A stretch of DNA of 43,760 nucleotides. Source: Bacillota bacterium. Its GTDB lineage: Bacteria > Bacillota > Dehalobacteriia > UBA4068. The notes under the pieces are model-generated. The model had not been told where the DNA came from. It saw only the letters and a program-made list of their open reading frames with translations, and searched no databases. The position numbers and the translations under genes are program-made. Positions 18,640 to 27,787 of this stretch are shown here, piece after piece. Location: NCBI GenBank assembly GCA_017440145.1, contig JAFSHU010000110.1, positions 1 through 43,760 on the forward strand, read 5' to 3'. The number at the start of each line of letters is the position of its first letter. Position 1 is the first letter of the stretch.

Positions 18640-19716
18640 TTATTCCATCGGGAGCAGGCGAACGGAGTCACTGAGCAAGCTCTGGGGATCCGCTTCTATT
18701 TCAAAAGCATTTTTGATTTCATATTCTCCATTGTGCAGTCGCTCCAGCAGAAGCAAATAGTCTTCCTGCGTGAAGTGCAGCAAGCGGGAAGTTTCTATGG
18801 AGAGGGAGACCCCACTCTCTGCAAGGCCATAAGAACGGATTTGCCCGGCGGGAAAGGTATTTCGGCCATAGGCCTCTATAAGATCGGCCACCGCTTCTTT
18901 TATATTTTTGACCGCAGAAAGCACGAAGACATCTGATGCCCTATGCTGATCGGTATCGGAGCCAATCACAGCAGCACAGCTTGCCTCTGCAGCGGGCAGC
19001 ACCGCCTGGCTTATCTGCGCGCCGCAGGCAAAAATAAGTTCTGTTCCATCGATATACCAAGGATACACCATGGATAAAACGGAGCGCTCAGCCGGAAGAT
19101 CATCTGCATAGCCGTAGCGTACTTCAATCGTTGATCCACGCTCGGAAGCAGCAGCATTCAGCCCCTGCAGGAAGCCTATCCCATAGGCGGCATCTTTCCT
19201 TTGAGCAACAAAGCCCAATTTGTTGTAGCCATCCGCTGCGGCTGCATACCCAGCCAGAAAACCGGCTTCCTCTTCGGAAAATAGAATCGCACAGCTATTT
19301 GCGGCGAGAGTCGCTTCCTCAGAATCGCCTGATGCAGGCAGATAATCTACGGTAAGAAAGAACAAATCCGGATATTCTTCCTGGGCCTGCAAGATGGCAA
19401 AGTCTTGCTGACCCGAAGGGCAAATAATCAGCTTCGCACCTGCCTGCACCGCCAAACGGATGGCAGAAAGATAGTCATTTCCCTCCGGTTGATACCATTG
19501 ATAGCTGATTCCTGCTGCATCAGCAGCGGTCTGCAGGCCTTCCCACGCTGCGAGGACGATTCCATCCTCAAGACCCTTTGGACTGGTAATCAGGGCAATT
19601 TCATAGCTGGGCGGTGGAAGCGGCGCTGTATTTTTCTGCTCGATTGTTGCTTTTCGCCCGCAGGCAGGGAGCAGAAGAAGCAGCAGGCATAGAATTGAAA
19701 TAAACAGGCGTCTCAT
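18640..19716 (-). CDS. BMP family (PnrA/TmpC-like) substrate-binding lipoprotein
   Basis: Lipobox LPAC; AWEGL, FSEEEAGFLAGYAAA, IFACG, IGSDTDQ, SAVK. Confidence 0.85.
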   Translation of the reverse strand: MRRLFISILCLLLLLLPACGRKATIEQKNTAPLPPPSYEIALITSPKGLEDGIVLAAWEGLQTAADAAGISYQWYQPEGNDYLSAIRLAVQAGAKLIICPSGQQDFAILQAQEEYPDLFFLTVDYLPASGDSEEATLAANSCAILFSEEEAGFLAGYAAAADGYNKLGFVAQRKDAAYGIGFLQGLNAAASERGSTIEVRYGYADDLPAERSVLSMVYPWYIDGTELIFACGAQISQAVLPAAEASCAAVIGSDTDQHRASDVFVLSAVKNIKEAVADLIEAYGRNTFPAGQIRSYGLAESGVSLSIETSRLLHFTQEDYLLLLERLHNGEYEIKNAFEIEADPQSLLSDSVRLLPME

Positions 19717-19742
19717 AAAAACTCCTAGCTTGCCGAAGGAAA

Positions 19743-20165
19743 TTACAGCATATGTGGGGAGAAACTATGGGGCAGCAATTCCGCGCAGGTGTAGCTTTGG
19801 TATTCTTCCATGCTTTTAGCCAGAAAAACCGGCATATCTGCGGAACAAAACTCCGCCAGCCACTGACGACAAACACCGCAGGGCGGAATAAAATCTACAG
19901 GAGCTTGTCCCTGGGGCCCACCGACGACCGCCAGAGCTTTAAAATGCCTTTGGCCTTCGCTTATCGCTTTTGCGAAGGCGGTTCGTTCCGCACAAAGGGT
20001 AGGGGAATAGGCTGCATTTTCGATATTGCAGCCGCCGAAAATGCTTCCATCCTGTGTGAGAAGAGCAGCTCCCACGCTGAAGCCGGAATAGGGGGCGTAG
20101 GCTTTTTCCCGATAGAGAAATGCAGCTTCCAGCAGCGCAGTGATATCAAAATTATGTTTTTCCAT
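19743..20165 (-). CDS. cdd: Cytidine deaminase
   Basis: AYAPYSGFSVGAAL, GCNIENAAY, CAER, PCGVCRQ. Confidence 0.96.
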   Translation of the reverse strand: MEKHNFDITALLEAAFLYREKAYAPYSGFSVGAALLTQDGSIFGGCNIENAAYSPTLCAERTAFAKAISEGQRHFKALAVVGGPQGQAPVDFIPPCGVCRQWLAEFCSADMPVFLAKSMEEYQSYTCAELLPHSFSPHML

Positions 20166-20317
20166 GAAGCCAAATCTCTTTCATCTTATTTTGTGTTTTG
20201 TGGGTAAATATACGGTATCGTATCTTTTTTGTGTAAATCCATAAAAAGGACAACGGGGCTTGGCATAATTGCATGGTTTTGATGCGACAGCTTATCTTTT
20301 TGAAGCAAAGTCGCTTT

Positions 20318-20752
20318 TTATTTGATTTGCTCCAGCAATAGCAGCAAGGCCTCCCGGTATCCGGAAAATCCTTTTCCGCAAATGCTGGCTAAGCATGCGG
20401 ATGAGATATAAGAGTGTCGGCGAAAGCTTTCCCGCTCGTGAATATTACTCAAATGAACCTCTACAGTGGGCAGAGCGACGGCTTTTAAGGCATCCAGAAT
20501 CGCAATGCTGGTATGGGTATAGGCGGCAGGATTGATTACAATCCCAGCTGCTTTTCCGTAAGCCTCCTGGATCGCATCCACGATCGCACCTTCATGGTTG
20601 GATTGGAAAACCTGAAGCTCAATGCCCAGGTCTTCTCCGCAGCTGTGAAGATAGGAGAGTAGATCCTGATAGCTTTGTTCCCCATAAATTTGGGGTTCCC
20701 GAAGGCCCAGCAAATTTAAATTTGGGCCATTAATTACCAAAATGCGCATCAA
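20318..20752 (-). CDS. aroQ: Type II 3-dehydroquinate dehydratase
   Basis: NGPNLNLLGLREP.IYG, QSNHEG, NPAAYTHTS, EVHLSN. Confidence 0.96.
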   Translation of the reverse strand: MMRILVINGPNLNLLGLREPQIYGEQSYQDLLSYLHSCGEDLGIELQVFQSNHEGAIVDAIQEAYGKAAGIVINPAAYTHTSIAILDALKAVALPTVEVHLSNIHERESFRRHSYISSACLASICGKGFSGYREALLLLLEQIK

Positions 20753-21968
20753 AATCCTCCTTTATCCGCTCTGCTGCTTTCCGGCTCTCCTGGTCGTTCC
20801 ACACCTTTACATCTGCCAGAGCTTCATAGATCGGCTTTCGATCCCGAGCCAGCTGCTGCAGTGCCTCCCAGGATGCAGACAGCGGCCTTCCTTCTCGATC
20901 CAGCTTGCTGAGATCGCTTTCCAAGAGGTAGATTCTTCCGTTCTGCCGCAGCAATTTTCGATTTTCCTCCGCAAGGACAGCACCGCCGCCGCAGGCGATA
21001 ACCTGAGCATGTGTATCCGCCAGCTCCCGCAGAACAGCGCTTTCCAGCCTGCGAAAGGCAGCTTCCCCCTCTTCCTGAAAAATCTGAGGGATCGTGCGCC
21101 CACTTCTTTCCGTAATGATCCTATCCACATCTACCAGGCTTCGTCCGGTCAATTCAGCCACTTGCTGTGCCACTGTGCTTTTTCCGCAGCCGGGCATTCC
21201 GATGAGCGCAATATTTGTCATCTCTTTTTCCAGAATCTTTGTTGCCCGGAAGCTGCTGCTGTCCGGAATGCTTTTCCCAAGGAAAAGCTCTTCTGCCAAT
21301 TTCGCCTGGTGAGCCAGCATCAGCAGGCCGTTTGCATTCTCCAGGCCCAGGGCATCTGCTTCCAGCAGCAAACGGCTGCGCAGGGGGTTATAAATCAAAT
21401 CCAACACAGCTTCCAGCTGCGGAAAACGGGAAAGACAGATGGGAGAATCCTCCAAACGAGGGGACATTCCCACCGGGGTGGCATTGATCAAAATCTGTGT
21501 ATTCCGGAAGGAATAAATGTTTTCATAGTCAATGGGGCCGCGCCGGGAAACCATCTGAATGCTTTCCGCTCCGTGGTCCTTTGCCACATTCCAGGCAGTC
21601 AGGGCCGCTCCTCCAGTCCCAAAAATGACTACATGCTTTTTGGAAAAGGAGATGCCTGCATGCTGTGCCAAAAGCTCCAGACCGGCATAGTCTGTGTTAT
21701 ATCCACACAGCTGGCCCTGCTCATCGTGGATCAGCGTATTTACGCTGCCTATAGCCTGAGCCTGGGGAGAAAGAAAATCGCAGTAAGGAAGAACGGCTTT
21801 CTTGTAGGGGATGGTGACATTTACACCTTTGAACTCAGCTTTCCGAAGAAAGCCCTCCAGATCCTCCGGGGGCAAAGGATGCAGCTCATAATCGGGGATT
21901 TCCAGCAAAGCATGAATCTGCGGGGACATGCTGTGCCCCAGGGGGTAACCAATCAATCCATAATCCAT
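20730..21968 (-). CDS. aroE: Fused shikimate dehydrogenase / shikimate kinase (AroE-AroK)
   Basis: HSMSP, NVTIPYK, NTDY, NATPVGM, then LIGMPGCGKST, GEAAFR, CGGG. Confidence 0.92.
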   Translation of the reverse strand: MDYGLIGYPLGHSMSPQIHALLEIPDYELHPLPPEDLEGFLRKAEFKGVNVTIPYKKAVLPYCDFLSPQAQAIGSVNTLIHDEQGQLCGYNTDYAGLELLAQHAGISFSKKHVVIFGTGGAALTAWNVAKDHGAESIQMVSRRGPIDYENIYSFRNTQILINATPVGMSPRLEDSPICLSRFPQLEAVLDLIYNPLRSRLLLEADALGLENANGLLMLAHQAKLAEELFLGKSIPDSSSFRATKILEKEMTNIALIGMPGCGKSTVAQQVAELTGRSLVDVDRIITERSGRTIPQIFQEEGEAAFRRLESAVLRELADTHAQVIACGGGAVLAEENRKLLRQNGRIYLLESDLSKLDREGRPLSASWEALQQLARDRKPIYEALADVKVWNDQESRKAAERIKEDFDAHFGN

Positions 21969-22014
21969 AGAAGGGCTCCTTTAAATTTTCTGCTAAGCGC
22001 CCGGAAAATCCAAT

Positions 22015-22299
22015 TTATTTAGAAGTTGTGCCATTCGTGGCTGCATTGTTCTTTTGATAGGAGCGGCTCAGCTCAAAAAGAGTAGAGAATAACAGTTCGG
22101 CGTAGGACGATAGCTCCTTCGGTGCCGTTTCTCGAACCTTAGCTAAAATTTCCTGCTCACGCGCCGGATTGTATATTTCCAGGCCAGCCTCCTCTTTCAG
22201 CTTCCCGATTTGTCGGGCCAGCTCCATGCGCTTTAAAAACAAGGCCAGCAATTCGGCATCAATGCTATCGATTTCTCTTCTGATTTCAGGAATCTGCAT
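22015..22299 (-). CDS. Monofunctional chorismate mutase (type II)
   Basis: IRREIDSID..LL.LFLKRM......K......IYNPARE. Confidence 0.9.
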   Translation of the reverse strand: MQIPEIRREIDSIDAELLALFLKRMELARQIGKLKEEAGLEIYNPAREQEILAKVRETAPKELSSYAELLFSTLFELSRSYQKNNAATNGTTSK

Positions 22300-22316
22300 A
22301 TTTCATATTCCTCTCA

Positions 22317-23387
22317 TTAAAAAACAAACTGAGACAGGGCGATCGCTGCAGCTGCTTCTACGCAGGGGACTGCACGTATTGCGATGCAGGGGTCGTGCCG
22401 GCCACTCAGCTGCAATTCCCGCTCCTCTAAAAGACGCATGCTCACAGAACGCTGCTTCTGTGCGATGGATGAGGTCGGTTTAAATGCTGCACGAAAAATG
22501 AGAGGCATCCCGCTGCTTAATCCACCTAAAATACCTCCGTGGTGGTTGGAAGCAGTGCAGATTCGATCCTCTTGAATTTGATAAGGGTCGTTGTTTTCGG
22601 AGCCTTTGGCGCCGGCGCAGGCAAAGCCGCTGCCAAACTCCAGGCCCTTTATCCCGGGGATAGAGAAAACTACATGGCTGATGCAGCTTTCCAGGCTATC
22701 GAAAAAAGGCTCCCCCATCCCGACAGGGAGACCCTGCACACAGCATTCTACCTGGCCGCCAAGGGAATCACCAGCCTGAGCTGCCTCCTGAATGCATCCG
22801 GCCATAGCTGCTGCTGCTTTTGCATCGAAAACAGGAAGCCCCCATTCGTTTTCCTGCGGAGAAGGCCAAAAAGATTGTTTTGCATCCCAGCTTTCATCTT
22901 TGATTTCTCCCACAGAAAAAAGACGAGCTGAAATTTGAATGCCCCGCTGCTCAAGCAGCTGCAAAAGAATTCCTCCCGCTACGCAAAAGGGTGCTGTGAG
23001 CCTTGCCGAAAAATGCCCTCCACCGCGATAATCGTTGCAGCCGTGATGCTTTACCCAGGCAGGCCAGTCTGCATGACCGGGCCGGGGAATATCTGCCAGC
23101 TGCTCGTAATCTGCAGAGCGGGCATCGGTATTTTCTATTATGGCACAGAGCGGAGCGCCGCAGGTTTTGCCTTCCCACAGGCCGGATAGAAAGCGGGGCC
23201 GATCTGCTTCTTTACGGGACGTCGTCAGGCGGCTGCGGCCGGGAGCGCGACGGTCGAGAAAATTCTGCAAATGCTCCAGATCGATGCTTTCCCCGGCGGG
23301 CAGGCCATCCAGGATCATACCAACCGCTTCTCCATGGGATTGGCCGAATAAACTTAGCCGAATCCGTTCTCCATAACTAGATGACAT
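22317..23387 (-). CDS. aroC: Chorismate synthase
   Basis: GQSHG, RPGHAD, GGGHFSARLT, GDSLGG, GGILGG, KPTSSI, GRHDPC. Confidence 0.96.
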   Translation of the reverse strand: MSSSYGERIRLSLFGQSHGEAVGMILDGLPAGESIDLEHLQNFLDRRAPGRSRLTTSRKEADRPRFLSGLWEGKTCGAPLCAIIENTDARSADYEQLADIPRPGHADWPAWVKHHGCNDYRGGGHFSARLTAPFCVAGGILLQLLEQRGIQISARLFSVGEIKDESWDAKQSFWPSPQENEWGLPVFDAKAAAAMAGCIQEAAQAGDSLGGQVECCVQGLPVGMGEPFFDSLESCISHVVFSIPGIKGLEFGSGFACAGAKGSENNDPYQIQEDRICTASNHHGGILGGLSSGMPLIFRAAFKPTSSIAQKQRSVSMRLLEERELQLSGRHDPCIAIRAVPCVEAAAAIALSQFVF

Positions 23388-24639
23388 GGGGTTTCCCTCC
23401 TAAAGCTATATAATCCTGCCAAAAATGCGGATAGGATTTTTCCACAGCCTCGCTGTTTTCCAGCAAAATTTCCCCGGTGCAGCGGCTGGCTGCAATCGCC
23501 GCTGTCATAGCGATTCGATGGTCTTTGTAGGACTGCACTCTCCCGCCATGCAGCTGCTTTGCTCCTGCAATTCGAATCTGATCCTCTTGCAGCTCAATCT
23601 CCCCACCAAGGGATTTAATCAGCTGAGCTGTGCTTTCCAAACGGTCACTTTCCTTTAGGCGGAGACGGCTTACATGCTGAATGTTCGTTTCGCCCTCCGC
23701 AAAGGTGGCAAGCAGGGATAAGATCGGAACCAGATCAGGAATATCTGCCGCATCTATGTTGATGCTGTGCAGTGGGCGCGGACCGTTTATGCACAGGAGA
23801 TCGCCTTTCCAATGGGCGTTTGCACCCATCTGAAGCAAAAGTGAAAGAATTTTTCGATCCCCCTGCGCAGAATCGGAACGCAGCCCGTTCAGACGAATAC
23901 CTTTTTCGGAAAGAGCCCCTGCCGCCAACCAAAAAGCAGCATTTGACCAATCTCCTTCAATCTTAAATTTTCCCGGAGAACGGTATTTTTGCCCGGCTGT
24001 CACCCGGTACCCTTGTTCCGTCTTTTCCACCAGGATGCCAAAGCTTCTCATTGCATTGCAAGTGAGCTCCAGGTAAGAGGCAGATTGCAGCGGAGATGTA
24101 AAATGGATTTCTACATCGTCCGCCAGGATGGGTGCTGCCAGCAAAATACCGGAAGCAAATTGAGAACTCAAATTCCCGGGCAAGTAAAAAATTCCGCCTT
24201 CCTTCCAATGACCGATGGTCAAGGGCAGAGCTGCGGAAGAATAAAGCAATCCATGGGCAGAAAGTGTTTCCAGCAAAGGCAAAATTGGACGCTCCGGCAA
24301 ACGGCCACAGCCCAAAAAGCGGCTTTGCTTTGCCAGAGCGGCTGCCACAGGAATCAGGAAGCGCAGCGTAGAGCCACTTTCCCGGCAATCCAAAACAGGG
24401 GCTTCCGGTATAGCTTTGATGGGAGTGATCCGTAGTCCATGGGCTGTAGCGGTACATTTGGCCCCAAGGCTCTCCAGACAGGCTTGCGTAGCCTGAATAT
24501 CCTGGGAAGTCGCGGATAAATGTAGTTCTGTTTCTTCCCGGCAAAGCGCTGCACAAATCAGGGCTCTATGGGCCCAGGATTTGGAAGGGATTGCATGGAT
24601 TTCTCCCGATAAGCGGCAGGGAAGGAGTACTCTGTCCAT
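23377..24639 (-). CDS. aroA: EPSP synthase
   Basis: PSKSWAHR, ESGSTLRF, SSQF, DLVP, RLKESDR, DHRIAM, KSYP; true start MDRV with GGAGG RBS. Confidence 0.95.
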   Translation of the reverse strand: MDRVLLPCRLSGEIHAIPSKSWAHRALICAALCREETELHLSATSQDIQATQACLESLGAKCTATAHGLRITPIKAIPEAPVLDCRESGSTLRFLIPVAAALAKQSRFLGCGRLPERPILPLLETLSAHGLLYSSAALPLTIGHWKEGGIFYLPGNLSSQFASGILLAAPILADDVEIHFTSPLQSASYLELTCNAMRSFGILVEKTEQGYRVTAGQKYRSPGKFKIEGDWSNAAFWLAAGALSEKGIRLNGLRSDSAQGDRKILSLLLQMGANAHWKGDLLCINGPRPLHSINIDAADIPDLVPILSLLATFAEGETNIQHVSRLRLKESDRLESTAQLIKSLGGEIELQEDQIRIAGAKQLHGGRVQSYKDHRIAMTAAIAASRCTGEILLENSEAVEKSYPHFWQDYIALGGKPHVI

Positions 24640-24641
24640 CT

Positions 24642-25703
24642 CTATTCCTCCAGCCCCAAGGCAATAAAATGTCGAAACTCTGACAGATTTAAAGTGCAGA
24701 GCTGGGCTTTGCCAATTTCCTGAAGGCAGGTAAGCTGAATTTGTTCTCCGCTGCGTTTTTTGTCCCGCAAAGCTGCATTCCAAAGCTCTTCCTCTGTGAA
24801 AGGGATTGAAGTCGGCAAACCGTGTAAGGCAAAAGCAGATTCGATCACCTCTGGCGCTATGGGGCTCATGGACATCCGATACGCGGCTCGTATTTCCGCC
24901 AGTATGCCCATGGCTACAGCCTGCCCATGGGTGATTGCATAGGCACTGCATTTTTCTATGGCATGCCCGATGCTGTGCCCAAAATTCAGGATTTGCCTTG
25001 GCCCGCGATCCTGCTCATCGCAGAGAACGAACTGGCCTTTGATCTCCACATTTCGATAAATCAGCTCAGCGAGGTCCAAATCCCGGAGGGAAAAGCCTTT
25101 CTCCAAACGCTGGAACAGTTCATGGTCTGCGATCAGGCCGTGCTTCAGCATTTCTGCCAAACCATCATGAATCTGTGTCGTCCCCAGACTCTGCAAACAG
25201 CTGCAGTCACACAGCACCAGGCTGGGCTGGTGGAAGGCTCCCGCCAGATTTTTCCCCTCCGGAAGGTTTATGGCAGTTTTTCCACCCACCGAGGCGTCCA
25301 CTGCTGCCAATAAAGTGGTGGGCAGCTGCACCCAGCTTAGCCCCCGCGAATACGTTGCCGCAGCAAAACCGGCTAAATCACCCACAACACCGCCGCCCAG
25401 AGCCAGGATGATGTCACTGCGGCTCAGGCGTTCCCGGGCAAGGAAGGACAGCAGCTGCCCGTAATTTGTTAAGTTCTTATTGCTTTCTCCGGCTGGAAAT
25501 ATAAAGACGGAGCAAGAAAAACCGGCCTCCTCCAAGCCGGAGCGCAGTGCCTGGAGATAAAGGGGTGCCACATTGGAATCCGTTACCAGGCCAATGCGAC
25601 AAGGAGGGAAAAGCCGGCGCAGCAAAGCACCGGCCTGCAGCAAAAGGGATTCCCCGACCAGCACATCATAAGGCTGCTGCGTGGAAACATGGAGCTTATA
25701 CAT
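24642..25703 (-). CDS. aroB: 3-dehydroquinate synthase
   Basis: GGGVVGDLAGF, PTTLLAAVDASVGGKT, LNFGHSIGHAIE, DKK. Confidence 0.96.
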   Translation of the reverse strand: MYKLHVSTQQPYDVLVGESLLLQAGALLRRLFPPCRIGLVTDSNVAPLYLQALRSGLEEAGFSCSVFIFPAGESNKNLTNYGQLLSFLARERLSRSDIILALGGGVVGDLAGFAAATYSRGLSWVQLPTTLLAAVDASVGGKTAINLPEGKNLAGAFHQPSLVLCDCSCLQSLGTTQIHDGLAEMLKHGLIADHELFQRLEKGFSLRDLDLAELIYRNVEIKGQFVLCDEQDRGPRQILNFGHSIGHAIEKCSAYAITHGQAVAMGILAEIRAAYRMSMSPIAPEVIESAFALHGLPTSIPFTEEELWNAALRDKKRSGEQIQLTCLQEIGKAQLCTLNLSEFRHFIALGLEE

Positions 25704-26724
25704 GCGCTTCTCCTGTAGGCTCATTCTGCAGATAGGACACAATGCCCTGAACGCGTTTTGCTAAGGATCTGAATTCATTCAGCGTCAAGGCCTGCTGGCC
25801 GTCGCATAAAGCGTGCTGGGGATCGTGATGAACCTCGATCAACAGCCCATCTGCACCAGCCGCTGCGGCAGCCAGACTCATGGGCGGGACAAGGCTGGCC
25901 TTGCCGGTGGAATGGCTTGGATCAACGATTACAGGAAGATGAGAGAGGGCTTTCAGCGCGGGAACAGCGGAAAGGTCCAGCGTATTCCGGGTATAGCTTT
26001 CGAAAGTACGGATCCCTCGTTCACAGAGAATGACCTCTTCGTTGCCGCCATCCAGAATATATTCTGCGCTAAGAAGCAGCTCCTGCAGGGTGTTGGACAT
26101 CCCACGTTTCAGGAGGATAGGTTTGCGCAGACGCCCCAATTCTTTCAACATTTCAAAATTCTGCATGTTTCGGGCGCCGACCTGAATCACATCCACTTCT
26201 TCAAACAGTGGCAGCTGAGAGATGGCCATGATTTCCGTGACGATGGGCAATCCGGTCAGCTGTTTGGCTTTCAACAAAAGCTGAATCCCCTCTGCCCGCA
26301 TCCCTTGAAAAGAGTAGGGGGATGTTCTGGGTTTAAAAGCGCCCCCCCGCAGCATCGTTGCACCGGCTTCTTTCACAGACTGTGCAATGCTGCAGATCTG
26401 CTCTTCGGATTCAACCGAGCAGGGGCCCGCGATCAGCTGAAAGTCTTTGCCGCCGATTGCAATCCCATTCACCTTGATAACAGTATCCTTCGGATGGGAT
26501 TTGCGGCTCACGCATTTGAAGGGTTCCTGAATTCGTTTTACTTCATCCACAATATCCAATGCACGGATCAAATCAATATCCAGTTCTGTCGTATCTCCGA
26601 CCAGGCTCAGAATGGTTTGGTGAATTCCTTCTGTTTTATGCACTTCCAGGTTCATATTTTTCAGCCATTGCAGCAGATTTTCCAGCTGCGCAGGATTGGA
26701 GTTTTCTTTTAAGACAACGATCAT
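25696..26724 (-). CDS. aroF: DAHP synthase type I-beta with N-terminal regulatory (ACT-like) domain
   Basis: [43 protein letters not shown]. Confidence 0.95.
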   Translation of the reverse strand: MIVVLKENSNPAQLENLLQWLKNMNLEVHKTEGIHQTILSLVGDTTELDIDLIRALDIVDEVKRIQEPFKCVSRKSHPKDTVIKVNGIAIGGKDFQLIAGPCSVESEEQICSIAQSVKEAGATMLRGGAFKPRTSPYSFQGMRAEGIQLLLKAKQLTGLPIVTEIMAISQLPLFEEVDVIQVGARNMQNFEMLKELGRLRKPILLKRGMSNTLQELLLSAEYILDGGNEEVILCERGIRTFESYTRNTLDLSAVPALKALSHLPVIVDPSHSTGKASLVPPMSLAAAAAGADGLLIEVHHDPQHALCDGQQALTLNEFRSLAKRVQGIVSYLQNEPTGEAHV

Positions 26725-26763
26725 TTTGCAGCCTCCGCTTCCTTCTGCTTCACTCTTGTTTGT

Positions 26764-26796
26764 AAAAACATCCCGCAGTGTGACACTGCGGGATGT
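26764..26796 (-). terminator. Premature (leader) terminator of the aro operon
   Basis: Minus strand ACATCCCGCAGTG-TCA-CACTGCGGGATGT-TTTT, 40 nt before the aroF start and downstream of its promoter. Confidence 0.85.
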
Positions 26797-26899
26797 GGAT
26801 TAACACGTATCCATAAAGGGCTTTGGTTCTGTGAAGAGCCAAAGCCTGCCCATCAGTGAAACATAAATAAGCTTTATCAGCAAAAAATAGCTGATAAAG

Positions 26900-26926
26900 C
26901 TACCAAAGCCAAAAAAGAAAGATCAC
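26900..26926 (-). CDS. Putative aromatic leader peptide MIFLFWLW
   Basis: GTG ATC TTT CTT TTT TGG CTT TGG TAG within the aro leader; no strong SD. Confidence 0.35.
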   Translation of the reverse strand: MIFLFWLW

Positions 26927-26977
26927 TGTGGTTCTTTTGCTGAAATATAATCAATACTTGATACTGATATTGGGGTC

Positions 26978-27006
26978 ATTGTAACATTGAATCGGGATAA
27001 TGTCAA
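26978..27006 (-). promoter_or_regulatory. sigma-A promoter of the aro operon
   Basis: Minus strand TTGACA-N17-TACAAT with TGn extension. Confidence 0.85.
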
Positions 27007-27060
27007 GCGGGAATTCTGCATGAAAAGGCCAGTACCAATAAAATTTGAACAGCAGAAAGC

Positions 27061-27089
27061 TTGACAAAGCCGGGAAGGATGGGTAAACT
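27061..27089 (+). promoter_or_regulatory. sigma-A promoter of tetR
   Basis: TTGACA-N17-TAAACT. Confidence 0.75.
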
Positions 27090-27100
27090 ATAGCTAGTTG

Positions 27101-27115
27101 GTTATCACTGATAAC
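27101..27115. promoter_or_regulatory. Palindromic operator (probable TetR autoregulatory site)
   Basis: GTTATCA-C-TGATAAC perfect 7-1-7 palindrome just downstream of the predicted TSS. Confidence 0.65.
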
Positions 27116-27132
27116 TTTTCATGAGGTTTTTT

Positions 27133-27714
27133 ATGAAAACGGAAGAAAAAAACGGGCTTTCCGTTAAGGAACAGTTAATTTTGGCTGGGATGAAGGAAAT
27201 TCAAGCCCATGGGGTTACAGATCTTTCGATGCGCCGCGTTGCCGCTGCCTGTAGCCTCTCCTGTGCCGCTCCCTATAAGCATTTCGCGGATAAGCACGAT
27301 TTTATTTTAGCGGTTATTGATTATGTCAATCAACAATGGCTGCTGCGCAGCACCCAGGTGGAGCAGCGTTTTGCGGGGGATACCCGTCGTCAGCTGGTGG
27401 AAGTCAGCATGGATTATATCTATTTCCTGCTGGAAAACCCCCATTTTCGTTCAATTTTGATGCTTCGGGATGATTCCTTGGATGAAGAACAGGCGAAGAG
27501 AAAATCCGAGGTGAGTTCCACAACCAAGCGATTGATCAGTCGATATTGTGCTGAGGTATCCATGCCGAAGGAAGTGGAGATCCGAAAGACCTTTGTTGTC
27601 CGATCTTTGGTGTATGGCGCTTCTTTGATGTTGGACAATGGGCAGCTGCCGAAAGAGGAAAGTAGCTTTCAATTTATTGCGGAAGCAATCAACAGAGAAT
27701 TTGATTTACCTTGA
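27133..27714 (+). CDS. TetR/AcrR family transcriptional regulator
   Basis: HTH 'LSMRRVAAACSLSCAAPYKHFADK'; GAGG RBS. Confidence 0.9.
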   Translation: MKTEEKNGLSVKEQLILAGMKEIQAHGVTDLSMRRVAAACSLSCAAPYKHFADKHDFILAVIDYVNQQWLLRSTQVEQRFAGDTRRQLVEVSMDYIYFLLENPHFRSILMLRDDSLDEEQAKRKSEVSSTTKRLISRYCAEVSMPKEVEIRKTFVVRSLVYGASLMLDNGQLPKEESSFQFIAEAINREFDLP

Positions 27715-27739
27715 TTCTGTTATTTCTTTGCATTATAAT
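27711..27739 (+). promoter_or_regulatory. sigma-A promoter of degV
   Basis: TTGATT-N17-TATAAT. Confidence 0.65.
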
Positions 27740-27787
27740 AGTTCTGCCGCTTTGCATTCAATGGCAGCGAAACAAAAGGAGCTTTCT

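Noticed and set aside
20730-21968. AroE-AroK fusion as a novelty
   Set aside because: Real, but such fusions are familiar in clostridial aro operons.
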